A DNA stretch of 37,177 nucleotides, from the IMG/VR virus record IMGVR_UViG_3300043423_000010, positions 1-37,177 of that record; one strand, given 5' to 3'. The notes under the pieces are model-generated. The model ran no database searches, was not told the DNA's origin, and worked only from the letters and a program-made list of their open reading frames with translations. The translations under genes and the position numbers were made by a program. Of this stretch, positions 1 through 9,209 are shown one piece after another; position 1 is the stretch's first letter; each line of letters opens with the position of its first letter. The DNA is from a virus. Its lineage: Duplodnaviria > Caudoviricetes.

Positions 1-127
1 TCGTCACCGTAGCCAGCTTTACGAGCCTCAGAGATTTTTGTTTGTAGACCGTCCATGATCTTGTCCTTATTGTGGGCCGAAGATTGAGCCTAATGGCTTG
101 CGTTGTTGACCACCAACATTAGCACCA
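1..127. repeat. Terminal direct repeat, copy 1 (assembly overlap of a circular or circularly permuted genome)
   Basis: 1-127 is identical to 37051-37177. It falls across two genes, and 127 is a common assembler k-mer length. Confidence 0.95.
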
Positions 128-1263
128 CCAGAGTTCTTCATTACTGATGGTATTGTCGCTGGTGCGCCAAGAGCTTTTGTTGCATCAAGGTTGTACTTTG
201 AACCAAAATCAGCATACTCGTTGCGCTTCATGTTGTAAGTCTGACCAGCAGCAGCATACAACTCGTTTGCAAGATTCTGGAAGTCTTGACGTTGCGTTGG
301 TGTGAGCTTTGTACCCTTTGCCCAATTGTCAACGTAGTTCTGTAAACGGTCCATCTTTCCAGCTGCAGCCATAGAGATGCCGAGTTCAGATTCACGCACC
401 ACGGAGCCCGGATCAAGCAACTTCATAATCTTGGTTGCAGCAGCAACATCACCAATTGGGTTCTCTTGCTTGAGTGAAGATTGGACTTGCTTATATGCTG
501 ATTGCATATCCGCAAAGTCTTTGTAGATTGGTTCACCAGAGAACATCTTTTTCAAGTTTGCTTCGTTCTCAAAACCTTTTTGTCCTGCGCCCATATCCAC
601 ATTGACAGCACCAGATTTGCGGTAACCGTGAAGTGCATTTATGCCAGCTTGACCAGTACCTTTTAATGGCATACCAGACACGTACTCCAAAGCACGAATG
701 TCTGCTGGAATTTCAGCATTAGGCTTTAGCTTGTTTGCTTGCTCCAAGAACTTGCTTGCATCTTCAACTTGACCAGCATTGAAAGCAATCTGATAGTTAC
801 GCATTGCACGTGCATACATCAAATCATTTTGATTCATTGGCTGTGGCTGTGGCGTTGCAATTGTTTGCTGTTGTGGAGTCAATGCAACACCAGTTTGATC
901 TGCTGCAACTGGAGCAGAACCTTCTGGTGGAACACCGCCACCAAGATTAGCGCCAGCCAATGCCTGACGATACAAACCAAGACGCTTTGCTTCATCCAAC
1001 TTTTGGCGTGACAATAAATTAGTAATTGCACCAGTCTGTGCTTTACTATAACCCTCTTGTCCTGCTTGCAAAGCACCGCCAATAGCTTGCCCAAGTGAAA
1101 CTGGACGTGCGCTAGGACCACCAGCTTGCATTAAAGCTGCTGCTGCTTGCAACATTGCTTGGTTCTGGATGCCTTGTGTTTGTTCTGGAGTCAGATAGTC
1201 TTCAAGACCAGAGCCGCCCATGCCAAAGAGTAAACCACCGAAATCTTGAGTCGTTGCCATCAT
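67..1263 (-). CDS. Putative internal virion / DNA ejection protein
   Basis: 398 aa, Ala/Gly/Gln-rich; AAGGAG RBS; lies in the operon downstream of the nozzle gene where podovirus ejection proteins sit. Confidence 0.6.
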   Translation of the reverse strand: MMATTQDFGGLLFGMGGSGLEDYLTPEQTQGIQNQAMLQAAAALMQAGGPSARPVSLGQAIGGALQAGQEGYSKAQTGAITNLLSRQKLDEAKRLGLYRQALAGANLGGGVPPEGSAPVAADQTGVALTPQQQTIATPQPQPMNQNDLMYARAMRNYQIAFNAGQVEDASKFLEQANKLKPNAEIPADIRALEYVSGMPLKGTGQAGINALHGYRKSGAVNVDMGAGQKGFENEANLKKMFSGEPIYKDFADMQSAYKQVQSSLKQENPIGDVAAATKIMKLLDPGSVVRESELGISMAAAGKMDRLQNYVDNWAKGTKLTPTQRQDFQNLANELYAAAGQTYNMKRNEYADFGSKYNLDATKALGAPATIPSVMKNSGGANVGGQQRKPLGSIFGPQ

Positions 1264-1270
1264 TTACTCC

Positions 1271-2458
1271 TTACAGAAGACCTAACAAGCCACCAGCCAA
1301 AGCGCCGTAACCTGCTCCACCAGCTCCACCAATCATATTGCCCAACATACCGCCAGACAATGCGCCACCAAGAGCTGAAGCACTTTGGTTCTTGTAGATT
1401 GGCGTTGTAGTTGTGCCACCAAGGTTTGCTGGTTGCAAGCCAAGTGCAGATTGAGAGATACCCAAACGCTCCAACGACAAGTTACGAGCTGCATCCAGCT
1501 TGGCTTGTTCCAATGCTTGACGTTGAGCTTCAGATTGCATCACAGCTTGAGAGCCAGCAATGCCCAAGTTCTGCTGTTGTGCAGCCAAGTTGCCAATCTG
1601 ACCAGCAGCGCTCAAGCGCAAGTTAGCGCCTTGCAGCATACGGTTTGCATCAGACTGACCGAGTTGTGCGGCAGTGTTGAAGCCAGCAGAGCGCAAGTTC
1701 GCAGCAGTGCTAGAAGCATTGCGCAGTGCAGCTTCGTTTGTCAGAGCCTCTGCAACACCTTGACGTGAGCCGCCAAAGGCTTTTGCAGCAGTAGCAGCAG
1801 CGCGATCTGACAAACCAGCACGTTGACGTGCAAGCTCAACATCACCAAGAGCGGCTTGAACAACTTGACCTTCGTATGGGTTCTGATATGCACTCATGTA
1901 CTGAGCGCCAATCTGTGGCGTATATCCAGACAGTTCACGAGTCAAGCGTGATGCTTCAGCAGTACCAGTTTGACCAACGCCGCCAAGACCGATATTGCGC
2001 AATTGCTGTTCAGCAGTGCCGTAGCTACCGCTGAAATCAGCAAACTGTTTTTGACCTAAACCAGCAGCAGTTGCGCGAGCTTCTTCCAAATTGCGCAGAT
2101 AAGCAGCCTTCATTTGTGGGTCAATGGCTGTGCTTGATGTGGAAGATGATGGCTGACTGCCACCAAGTCCACCACCAAGAGCCAACGCACCAGCGCCAAG
2201 ACCAAGCATCTGACCAGTTGAAAGACCACTCAGCAAGCCAGTAGCGCCAGCAGCAGTTGGGCTTGTAAGCCATGCGCCACTAGCTTCTCCAAGCAACTCA
2301 GGAGCAGCAGCGCCCCAACCTTCAGACAAAGCAGGAATGCCGTAATAAGCGCCGCCAGCAAGCAAAGCAGCCTTACCTAAATCGCTACCAGCAACGTCTT
2401 TGACGGTATCAACTACGCCACCAACTGCATCTGTAACTGAACTTACAACGCCACCCAT
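1271..2458 (-). CDS. Putative DNA ejection (pilot) protein
   Basis: Gly/Ala-rich with glycine-zipper hydrophobic C-terminus (GGALSGGMLG...GGLLGLL); start moved to MGGVVSS at 2458 behind AAGGGG. Confidence 0.6.
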   Translation of the reverse strand: MGGVVSSVTDAVGGVVDTVKDVAGSDLGKAALLAGGAYYGIPALSEGWGAAAPELLGEASGAWLTSPTAAGATGLLSGLSTGQMLGLGAGALALGGGLGGSQPSSSTSSTAIDPQMKAAYLRNLEEARATAAGLGQKQFADFSGSYGTAEQQLRNIGLGGVGQTGTAEASRLTRELSGYTPQIGAQYMSAYQNPYEGQVVQAALGDVELARQRAGLSDRAAATAAKAFGGSRQGVAEALTNEAALRNASSTAANLRSAGFNTAAQLGQSDANRMLQGANLRLSAAGQIGNLAAQQQNLGIAGSQAVMQSEAQRQALEQAKLDAARNLSLERLGISQSALGLQPANLGGTTTTPIYKNQSASALGGALSGGMLGNMIGGAGGAGYGALAGGLLGLL

Positions 2459-2459
2459 A

Positions 2460-2777
2460 TCATTCCCCTTTGTTACGCCTTGAAGCGTAGATGTAGGCTT
2501 TTGAGCCATCAACCAAAATTATTTGACACTTCTCAATCCAGCCAAACGATTTGGCAAACCTAATGAGCTTGGTGTCGTCTTCTCGAATCAACGCTGCAAC
2601 TGGACAATCCACCAATGCAAGCAACTGATTCACGTCTTTCCTGTAACGCCTTTTGGTGTCACCCGTCCACTTAAAAATGTCCGTGTGAAACCAGATGTTG
2701 TCGTTGAAGTATTCAAAGTACATGATGTAGTCCTGACGGACACAAACTGGTACTTTTCCTCCTTGCAACTCTTGCAT
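2460..2777 (-). CDS. Small GNAT-like protein (T7 gp13-type position between nozzle and ejection genes)
   Basis: 105 aa; KLIRFAKSFGW resembles the GNAT C-terminal motif; synteny. Confidence 0.4.
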   Translation of the reverse strand: MQELQGGKVPVCVRQDYIMYFEYFNDNIWFHTDIFKWTGDTKRRYRKDVNQLLALVDCPVAALIREDDTKLIRFAKSFGWIEKCQIILVDGSKAYIYASRRNKGE

Positions 2778-2809
2778 GAATTTTAGTCTCTTGGCAGCTC
2801 AGTAGCGCA

Positions 2810-4291
2810 TCAGCGCAAACCAGATGCAATTGTTTCAAATCTCATCACGCCAATACGCCAATCACTCAAGACATTTCCTGTGTATCGAACTTTTACCTGA
2901 CGAGCTGAAAAACGTACATCTGTTGGCTGCGCAGCGGAATATGGTCCGTAAGTTGTTTCAACTGACATTGGGTACATTCGAGTCTTGAACGAAACAATTA
3001 CCTCACCAAGAGTTTGTTCATCAGGAATAATGCGACTTACTGACATCACATTATCTCCATTGCCGATCTCTAATGGTCCAGATTCTGCGTATGGAGTAAC
3101 TCCATCGTAGTCATAGCCAACTTCATGCTCATAGATGTAACCGTCAGCAGACACCATCAAAGGATTAGTGAAAACCCCACGGTCAGTGCCAGCAGTACGA
3201 GACATAGAGCCAATTGCCCAATGACCTTCACGATAGTTATAAGTGACGTAAGAATCGTTTTCATTTGATGCAGCAGATGGATAGAACCAAGTGATTTCAC
3301 CATACTTACTGTTGTGAACAGCGTAAATCTTGCTGGCCTGTGTGTAGTTGATGTTCTCAAACACATAGTCGCCAACGTCAGAAGCCAAAGGCTTGACGTA
3401 ACCGTCATACACCCAGAAGCCTGAACGAGACATCCACATCGCAGCAGTGTCAATCGAAGCCACAGCTTGTGATGAGATCACGCCACAGCCTGAACCAACC
3501 TTCTCAAACGAGTAGACGTATGGTGCGCCAATGTATGAAGATGCGTGGACATCAACGTCAGTAAACAGTAAGTTCAATCCACGGACGCGCTTACCACACT
3601 TCAATGAACCAACAGTCTGCAACTCAAAGTCACCAGCCTGATTGGTGGTGGAAGGTGTCCAATCTGTGTTGTCTTCTTGGTCGCACCACTTCACCATGCG
3701 TGGGTTACCTGATGCGCCAAGAGCAAAGACAAAGCGTTCAGCAGTTGTCATCACAGCAGCACATGACGTTGGAGCGCCACTAATTGCAGCAGCCAATGTT
3801 GGGCTTGAAAAGCCTAACTGCCACTCATACAGCTTGCCATCAGCATCTGAACAGGCAACGAGATACTCGCCCCAAGTGTCCATTGACCATGTAGCAGCAG
3901 GAGTCAAAGAGCCTAAGTCTGGACGAGCAACGCCGTACGCAAATGAGCCATAAGCGCCATAACCGTAACCCAACTTGGACACGGCATCAGCAGAACCAGT
4001 GGTGAAGCCAGTTGGTGTGATGTCCTTAATAGTTCCAGCTTCGTTCATCACGTACAGCTTTGAGTTCGTACCAGCAACAATCCAACGATCTGCTGAGTTA
4101 TCACGCCAAGTAATAAGACCACGGCATGAACCTGTCAATTGTGTAGATGAACGCTTACGCCATCCACCAATTGGACGCAAAGTACCTTCAAACCAACGAA
4201 CTAGGTTTGAGTCGTAGTAACGTCCAGAAGACTGATATTCAGTGCCATTACGGAAGACACCAGCAGGAATTTTGAGTGGAATGAGTGCCAT
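2810..4291 (-). CDS. Tail nozzle / packaged-DNA stabilisation protein (P22 gp10-like)
   Basis: 493 aa beta-rich protein with a GCG(V)IS motif and W/Y-rich repeats typical of the gp10 beta-propeller; synteny. Confidence 0.7.
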   Translation of the reverse strand: MALIPLKIPAGVFRNGTEYQSSGRYYDSNLVRWFEGTLRPIGGWRKRSSTQLTGSCRGLITWRDNSADRWIVAGTNSKLYVMNEAGTIKDITPTGFTTGSADAVSKLGYGYGAYGSFAYGVARPDLGSLTPAATWSMDTWGEYLVACSDADGKLYEWQLGFSSPTLAAAISGAPTSCAAVMTTAERFVFALGASGNPRMVKWCDQEDNTDWTPSTTNQAGDFELQTVGSLKCGKRVRGLNLLFTDVDVHASSYIGAPYVYSFEKVGSGCGVISSQAVASIDTAAMWMSRSGFWVYDGYVKPLASDVGDYVFENINYTQASKIYAVHNSKYGEITWFYPSAASNENDSYVTYNYREGHWAIGSMSRTAGTDRGVFTNPLMVSADGYIYEHEVGYDYDGVTPYAESGPLEIGNGDNVMSVSRIIPDEQTLGEVIVSFKTRMYPMSVETTYGPYSAAQPTDVRFSARQVKVRYTGNVLSDWRIGVMRFETIASGLR

Positions 4292-4303
4292 GATCTTTGC
4301 TCT

Positions 4304-4954
4304 TTATGGTGGCGTTGGCAGTGTAGTTGGCAATGGCGCAATGTAGTTGACCGCCAATACTGCTGATGGAATACCAGTGTGTGGAGATGTGGCAGTCACA
4401 GCTTCAAGCGTCACATCTGTACTGTCAGCAGCCCACATGAATTCAATGTATTGACCAGCACTCATGTCAATACTAAAGCTCCAAGACAATGGAATGTGCT
4501 GACCAGAGCCTGACATTGTTGTCTGACGTGTTGAATAACCAATATCAGTCCCGCTTCTTTTTAGCCACAAAAAGATGTGCTTAGATGAGCCGCTGGTTGA
4601 TTTCGCTTGCGCTGAAAACTGGAAGTTATAGATGCCGCCAACTACACAGGTCACCCTGCTTGATGATGCGACACTAACAGCGTTGTTTAGATAAGTTTGA
4701 TTGAAGGTGACTGCATAACCAGTATTGGTCGCAGCCAAAGTCTGAGCTGACGTGCTGAAGAACAATCCATTTGGCGAGTCAATATATCGAGCGCCAGCAG
4801 GACCAAGCAAGGCCGCAAAAGCATTGACAACCTTCAAGAAGAAAGTCCGTAAAGCAGTATTTGTCTGCGCAACAGTCAGCCTGTCATACCGTTCTTGCGG
4901 GTTAGGCAAGTCAGGCAATGCTGGTGTGTTTAGTTGCTGATTTACGTTTTGCAT
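4304..4954 (-). CDS. Putative tail-associated protein with C-terminal C1q/TNF-like beta domain
   Basis: 216 aa; N-terminal helix followed by GIYNFQFSAQ...AGQYIEFMW beta strands. Confidence 0.45.
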   Translation of the reverse strand: MQNVNQQLNTPALPDLPNPQERYDRLTVAQTNTALRTFFLKVVNAFAALLGPAGARYIDSPNGLFFSTSAQTLAATNTGYAVTFNQTYLNNAVSVASSSRVTCVVGGIYNFQFSAQAKSTSGSSKHIFLWLKRSGTDIGYSTRQTTMSGSGQHIPLSWSFSIDMSAGQYIEFMWAADSTDVTLEAVTATSPHTGIPSAVLAVNYIAPLPTTLPTPP

Positions 4955-4974
4955 AGCCTGTATTTTCGCTGAAA

Positions 4975-5601
4975 TTAGGCTTGTAAAACTGCCAGTGCTT
5001 CAAGTGTATGTTTGACGCGATCTGCCAAACCTATGTCACCACCATTGATTTTCTTGGTTAATTGAATCCAAGTCTTACGGCCTTCGCCATCTAATGGCAA
5101 ACCACTCTCAGCCAACTCATTGCAATTATGAGTTTGCCAAAACCATCCAGCACTAAGAATTGCATATTTTGGAGTTGCAACAAGCTGCGGCTCCATCACG
5201 AAGTCAACGCCAAGGGCTTTGCCACAATGGAAGTAGTTGCTATATCCAGTTAATTGGATTGCACCTCTGCCAAAAAAACGGCCACCATCGCCTGATGCTT
5301 CATCTCTGTTTCCCATACGATTGGCGTAAACCTTGTTTGCCAATGCTTTACCGTTACGAGCGTAAGGCTGTGCTGACTCCAATGTAGGGAAACGTTTAGG
5401 CCAAATCTTCATCAAACGATCTGCTGAATAGCTCAACCCTTCCTCAAACTTGGTGAAGTGAGCGCATTCATGGCCCGCCTGACCAATGAAGGCAGCTTGC
5501 TTTGTAGGAGTATTTATTGCAAACCGTTCAAATGTTTCGTTCAATGGGTCAAGAAACTTTGCATCAATGTGCAGCTTCGCTAGTTGTTCAGTTGTTACCA
5601 C
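4975..5601 (-). CDS. Endolysin, glycoside hydrolase family 19
   Basis: FIGQxxHE, ANKVYANRMGN, GDGxRFxGRGxIQLTG, AGWFW and TKKINGG motifs. Confidence 0.92.
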   Translation of the reverse strand: MVTTEQLAKLHIDAKFLDPLNETFERFAINTPTKQAAFIGQAGHECAHFTKFEEGLSYSADRLMKIWPKRFPTLESAQPYARNGKALANKVYANRMGNRDEASGDGGRFFGRGAIQLTGYSNYFHCGKALGVDFVMEPQLVATPKYAILSAGWFWQTHNCNELAESGLPLDGEGRKTWIQLTKKINGGDIGLADRVKHTLEALAVLQA

Positions 5602-6013
5602 TGAGAGTCTCCCTTACTTGGTTGTAGCGGTCGATGCAGGAGTTGAGTTCGATGATGGCTCTGTCGCCTTCTGCGACGAGCCTGATAAGGTCTTCAACAG
5701 TCTGTCCGTCAAGTTCGGCTCTCTCTTGACCATTGCCGCTGGCAGTGGTGGAACATCCACCTTTGGTGGTTGTGTTGACGAACAGCCTTGGACGACTAGC
5801 AAGAACGCCAGACAGCTTAGTTTCAAACTCTTGTTTAATGGCTTCATCTTTAACATCCTGCTGTTCCTTTTGATGGTTCATCTCTGCGTTCTTCTGAGCA
5901 ATCACCAGTTGGTCCTCTGTGTCTTTTAAGACATAGCCGACATGGTGACCGTAAAAGTATGCAGCGACCGCGACACTGATACTCCCAAGAATCATCCAAG
6001 GGTTTACCATCAT
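5588..6013 (-). CDS. Rz-like inner-membrane spanin
   Basis: N-terminal TM helix, coiled coil, C-terminal GDRAIIELNSCIDRY; adjacent to endolysin. Confidence 0.7.
   Translation of the reverse strand: MMVNPWMILGSISVAVAAYFYGHHVGYVLKDTEDQLVIAQKNAEMNHQKEQQDVKDEAIKQEFETKLSGVLASRPRLFVNTTTKGGCSTTASGNGQERAELDGQTVEDLIRLVAEGDRAIIELNSCIDRYNQVRETLSGNN
5614..5856 (-). CDS. Rz1-like outer-membrane spanin lipoprotein, fully embedded in the Rz-like gene (start 5856 or 5847)
   Basis: Alternative frame; basic N-terminus, hydrophobic stretch, lipobox VQGC, then Pro-rich segment (QPPKVDVPPLP). Confidence 0.7.
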   Translation of the reverse strand: MLKMKPLNKSLKLSCLAFLLVVQGCSSTQPPKVDVPPLPAAMVKREPNLTDRLLKTLSGSSQKATEPSSNSTPASTATTK

Positions 6014-6504
6014 CGCTCTCCTGCTCTAGCCAAAGCAATTTCCTCACGGACATCATCAGACTCCAAATGTTCTGGTGGCGTTGTAGGTGGTGGTGGTGCC
6101 ACCCAAGTTTCATCCAACTCTGGGTTTTGGAAACCGTCAAAGTTGAAATCAAACATTCCCCCAGTTGGAGCCGTAGGCGCAGGGGAAGTGCTAGGCGCTA
6201 CGGTTTGTGTCTTTGGGGGCTGTGACTCCACCATCTTCTGTGCTGCTGCTTGAACACCTTTACGGCTCATCACACCACCAATGCCGCCAACGACCAACAA
6301 CACAATGTCATTGAGCATCTTGGCAAAGGCTTGGTCCATTGGAGCCATTGACTTCAAAGGCTGAACTACGAAGGCCAAGCTGTAAAGCATAAAAGCCACG
6401 ATGCCAGCCAAGATCAGCGTGACAACGATAACGACAAAACCCCAGATACGGGTTTCAAATTCTTCAGCGGTCAGAGGACGCTGCTGGTGCTGGTTGTTGT
6501 GCAA
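6010..6504 (-). CDS. Two-TM membrane protein (holin/antiholin candidate)
   Basis: Two hydrophobic helices then a Pro-rich acidic tail; in lysis block. Confidence 0.5.
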   Translation of the reverse strand: MHNNQHQQRPLTAEEFETRIWGFVVIVVTLILAGIVAFMLYSLAFVVQPLKSMAPMDQAFAKMLNDIVLLVVGGIGGVMSRKGVQAAAQKMVESQPPKTQTVAPSTSPAPTAPTGGMFDFNFDGFQNPELDETWVAPPPPTTPPEHLESDDVREEIALARAGER

Positions 6505-6676
6505 TTTGCTTCTCCAATACAGGTGCGACTAAGTAATCTGGACAATCTTGTGTGAATAAACAGTCAGGACGTTGGCATCGTTTTGCGCTGAAGTTTTTAG
6601 GGTCTTGGCAAAAATACCTGTACCTATCTTCACACGCCACCAGCATCAGAAGACTTAACAGTATCAACTTTTTCAT
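6464..6676 (-). CDS. Small Cys-rich lipoprotein
   Basis: MKK-LILLSLLML-VAC lipobox plus 4 further Cys; AAGGA RBS. Confidence 0.7.
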   Translation of the reverse strand: MKKLILLSLLMLVACEDRYRYFCQDPKNFSAKRCQRPDCLFTQDCPDYLVAPVLEKQIAQQPAPAASSDR

Positions 6677-6956
6677 GGTTTTCCTTGATCTCCTTTTTGA
6701 GCTTCTTCAACTGACGAATCTCGTATTGCAACTCTGACTTTAACTTCAAGTAGTCAATGACGACCAAGGCTGAAATTGGCAACGCCAAGAATAAAACAAT
6801 TGACATCACAACTACACCAGCGACAAACCACCTTGTGTCTTCACGAGCCATCCTAGCGACAGCATGAACGCCCACATCCACAGAACCAGAATTAGTACCG
6901 TTGCCGTTACTATTGCCCGATCTACCCTGTGATTGCGCAGTAATTCTCGTTGCCAC
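6630..6956 (-). CDS. Single-TM coiled-coil membrane protein (start uncertain)
   Basis: TM FVAGVVVMSIVLFLALPISALVVI followed by Lys-rich coiled coil; overlaps both neighbours. Confidence 0.5.
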   Translation of the reverse strand: MATRITAQSQGRSGNSNGNGTNSGSVDVGVHAVARMAREDTRWFVAGVVVMSIVLFLALPISALVVIDYLKLKSELQYEIRQLKKLKKEIKENHEKVDTVKSSDAGGV

Positions 6957-7579
6957 TTTGAATCTCTTTCACGCTTGCGCTTTAGTTGCCTGTCAAACTC
7001 CTGCTCCTCAAGAATCAGGTCATACATCTCAAGGAAACGGCTGTAAATGTTACGCAGCTCCTTTGGCGCATACACCATCGCTTCCCTGATTTGAGTTGAC
7101 ATATTCTCCAACTGGAGCTCAATCTCAACCCTGTCAATCGCACTATCTTCAATTGTTGTAGTCGTCTTGCTGACTTCTTCCAACTCAAGGCAATGCGCTC
7201 TCAATGTCCGTCTGATTTCAAAGAATGTCTTTAGCTGCTCACACACTTGGTGGATTGCTTGCGTCTGATACTCCTCATAACTCAGCTCTGGTTCTTTAAC
7301 CTTTGTCTTCTTTGCAACGCTTGCTGCAACAACAACAACTGCTGGTGCTGATGCAACGACAGTAGCTGGCTTTTGTTCTTTCTTGCCGCCAAATAAACCA
7401 AGAAGCCACGACCAAAGGCCAGTGACTTCTTTGTAGATAGCTTTAGCATCACCAATGCCTTTTTCAACAGTCGATTTGAGCTTGTTGATTTCAGCCTTCC
7501 CCTCACTGAGCATCTCACAGCCTTTTCGGACTGCGGCAACAGCAGCTTGCGCTGCCATGAGAAGACTGATTGGGTCCAC
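6812..7579 (-). CDS. Hypothetical helical protein with C-terminal TM anchor
   Basis: 255 aa, MDPISLL start, coiled coil, hydrophobic C-terminus. Confidence 0.7.
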   Translation of the reverse strand: MDPISLLMAAQAAVAAVRKGCEMLSEGKAEINKLKSTVEKGIGDAKAIYKEVTGLWSWLLGLFGGKKEQKPATVVASAPAVVVVAASVAKKTKVKEPELSYEEYQTQAIHQVCEQLKTFFEIRRTLRAHCLELEEVSKTTTTIEDSAIDRVEIELQLENMSTQIREAMVYAPKELRNIYSRFLEMYDLILEEQEFDRQLKRKRERDSKWQRELLRNHRVDRAIVTATVLILVLWMWAFMLSLGWLVKTQGGLSLV

Positions 7580-7580
7580 A

Positions 7581-7802
7581 TCACTTGTCTGCTTTACCGT
7601 CTAGCTTGTCAAAGATTTGTTTGAGCATCTCTTTGATGTCACGCGTATCAGCTCGGTAGTCATCCTTTTGCACATAGTCATGCGGCAAAGACTTCAGATC
7701 ATCCTCAAGGCGCTGAATCTTTCGAGTCAGGCCGTTAAGTGTGTAGACAGCCAAGAAGCCAGCAACGCTGACCACCAAGTTGAATAACTGTTGATTGTCC
7801 AT
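7581..7802 (-). CDS. Small TM + coiled-coil protein (holin-like)
   Basis: 73 aa, N-terminal TM, C-terminal IFDKLDGKADK; first gene of lysis block. Confidence 0.55.
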   Translation of the reverse strand: MDNQQLFNLVVSVAGFLAVYTLNGLTRKIQRLEDDLKSLPHDYVQKDDYRADTRDIKEMLKQIFDKLDGKADK

Positions 7803-7806
7803 GCGC

Positions 7807-7965
7807 TTACTCGTCAGCAGGTTCAGGAGTGTTGCCTTCTTCCAGCCATTTCAAATAGGCTTGGTAGGCTGTGTTGGCGGGGCAGCAAGGAACATAAATG
7901 TTATTTTCAACTAACAAAACACTCTCAATCGCTGCGTCTTGTTCTTTATTTACAAGTTTATACAT
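7807..7965 (-). CDS. Tail-fibre assembly/chaperone-like small protein (not in ORF track)
   Basis: Hand translation: MYKLVNKEQDAAIESVLLVENNIYVPCCPANTAYQAYLKWLEEGNTPEPADE (52 aa), directly after the tail fibre gene. Confidence 0.7.
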   Translation of the reverse strand: MYKLVNKEQDAAIESVLLVENNIYVPCCPANTAYQAYLKWLEEGNTPEPADE

Positions 7966-7966
7966 A

Positions 7967-9199
7967 TTACAACTCCGAAGACAAAGTGATTAAAGCACCA
8001 CCAAGAGATGCAAGTGTGTAACCAGCAAGCGCCCCTGCCATAGTTACAGAAGAATTAACAGCAAGCGATAGGTTGGTGCTGTCAAATGAGACCACGCTAA
8101 TACCTGACGGAGTACCGTTAGTTCCTGCTGGATTGCTAATAGCTCCTGAAGTTGTTGCAACAGTTGGTGTAGGAGTTGAACGCATACTCGCAACAAGAGG
8201 AAAAGAAGCTCTTACTGCTGACGTGCTAACTGCATAACAGAACCAAGTCGATGACTGTTGATAGTACCGCTGACACAGTTGCAACTCAGTACCATACGGG
8301 CGGTAGTCAAACGATGTGGCTGTGCTGCCTTTTTCTAGTTGAACGCCTGTGATGTAGAAGGTGGCTCCATTTGTACCTACTACGCTGGTTGCGCCTGTTG
8401 CTGAAGAATAACTAGCAGATGCCCAAGATCCAGAAGTTCCGCTTACTGTTGCTCCTGCGCCTAAACTAAAGGATAAATTTATTCCAATTCCGTTTGTTGT
8501 AAGCCAAGTGCCAGTTGTATCACCAGATATAGTGACTGATTTCTGTTCCCAAGTGTTTGCGGCACTTATGGTGTAACTAAATGGGTAACTGCGGTCAGCC
8601 GCGCTATTTCTTAAAGAGCCACCAAAAGTACCAGTTAATGAACTACGAACCCAAAAAGATAATGTGACTGTTTGTGCATTAGCAGTACCCCAACCTAAAT
8701 CAGAAACATTGTAGCCTTCAATGTATTGCGGAATAACAAATACTTCAGATGAGCCTACTGTGTAAGAAGAAGTAGAAGTACAACCTAAATAGTTTTTAAA
8801 ACCAGCTGGCGGAGTGACTGAACCGGCGTTTTGTTGAACGCTAAATTTTGACGCAACAGATAATGCGGCTCGCCATCTGTCTAATGTGTATTGAGAAGTA
8901 ACAGGAGTAACACTAGCCCCCGCATTACGCTGGTCAATCATCATCGCACCATTGATGATACGGTTCTTGAAGCCTGTGTAAGGGGTTGTGTACTGGCCAG
9001 CAAGAGTCATTGCACCTTCGGCAACAGCCAACTTCTTTCCAGAGCCAACATTCAGGCCAACGCTTGTACCTGTACCGTCAGCCTTAAAGATTGCATCAAT
9101 GGTGTCAAGATCGGTGTTGATCTTTGTACCCCATGAATCTGTTGACGCGCCAACTTCTGGTTTGGTCAGCGAGATATTACTTGTTGTTGAATCTGCCAT
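7967..9199 (-). CDS. Tail fibre / receptor-binding protein
   Basis: N-terminal anchor [18 protein letters not shown]; [15 protein letters not shown], [13 protein letters not shown] and ELQLCQRYY motifs. Confidence 0.85.
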   Translation of the reverse strand: MADSTTSNISLTKPEVGASTDSWGTKINTDLDTIDAIFKADGTGTSVGLNVGSGKKLAVAEGAMTLAGQYTTPYTGFKNRIINGAMMIDQRNAGASVTPVTSQYTLDRWRAALSVASKFSVQQNAGSVTPPAGFKNYLGCTSTSSYTVGSSEVFVIPQYIEGYNVSDLGWGTANAQTVTLSFWVRSSLTGTFGGSLRNSAADRSYPFSYTISAANTWEQKSVTISGDTTGTWLTTNGIGINLSFSLGAGATVSGTSGSWASASYSSATGATSVVGTNGATFYITGVQLEKGSTATSFDYRPYGTELQLCQRYYQQSSTWFCYAVSTSAVRASFPLVASMRSTPTPTVATTSGAISNPAGTNGTPSGISVVSFDSTNLSLAVNSSVTMAGALAGYTLASLGGALITLSSEL

Positions 9200-9209
9200 T
9201 TTTCAGTCC

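Noticed and set aside
1-127. Biological T7-like terminal repeat
   Set aside because: It cuts through coding sequence and its length equals a typical assembly k-mer; best read as a circularisation artefact.
7967-9199. Diversity-generating retroelement or invertase-driven tail-fibre switching
   Set aside because: No reverse transcriptase, invertase or second copy of the fibre tip was found.
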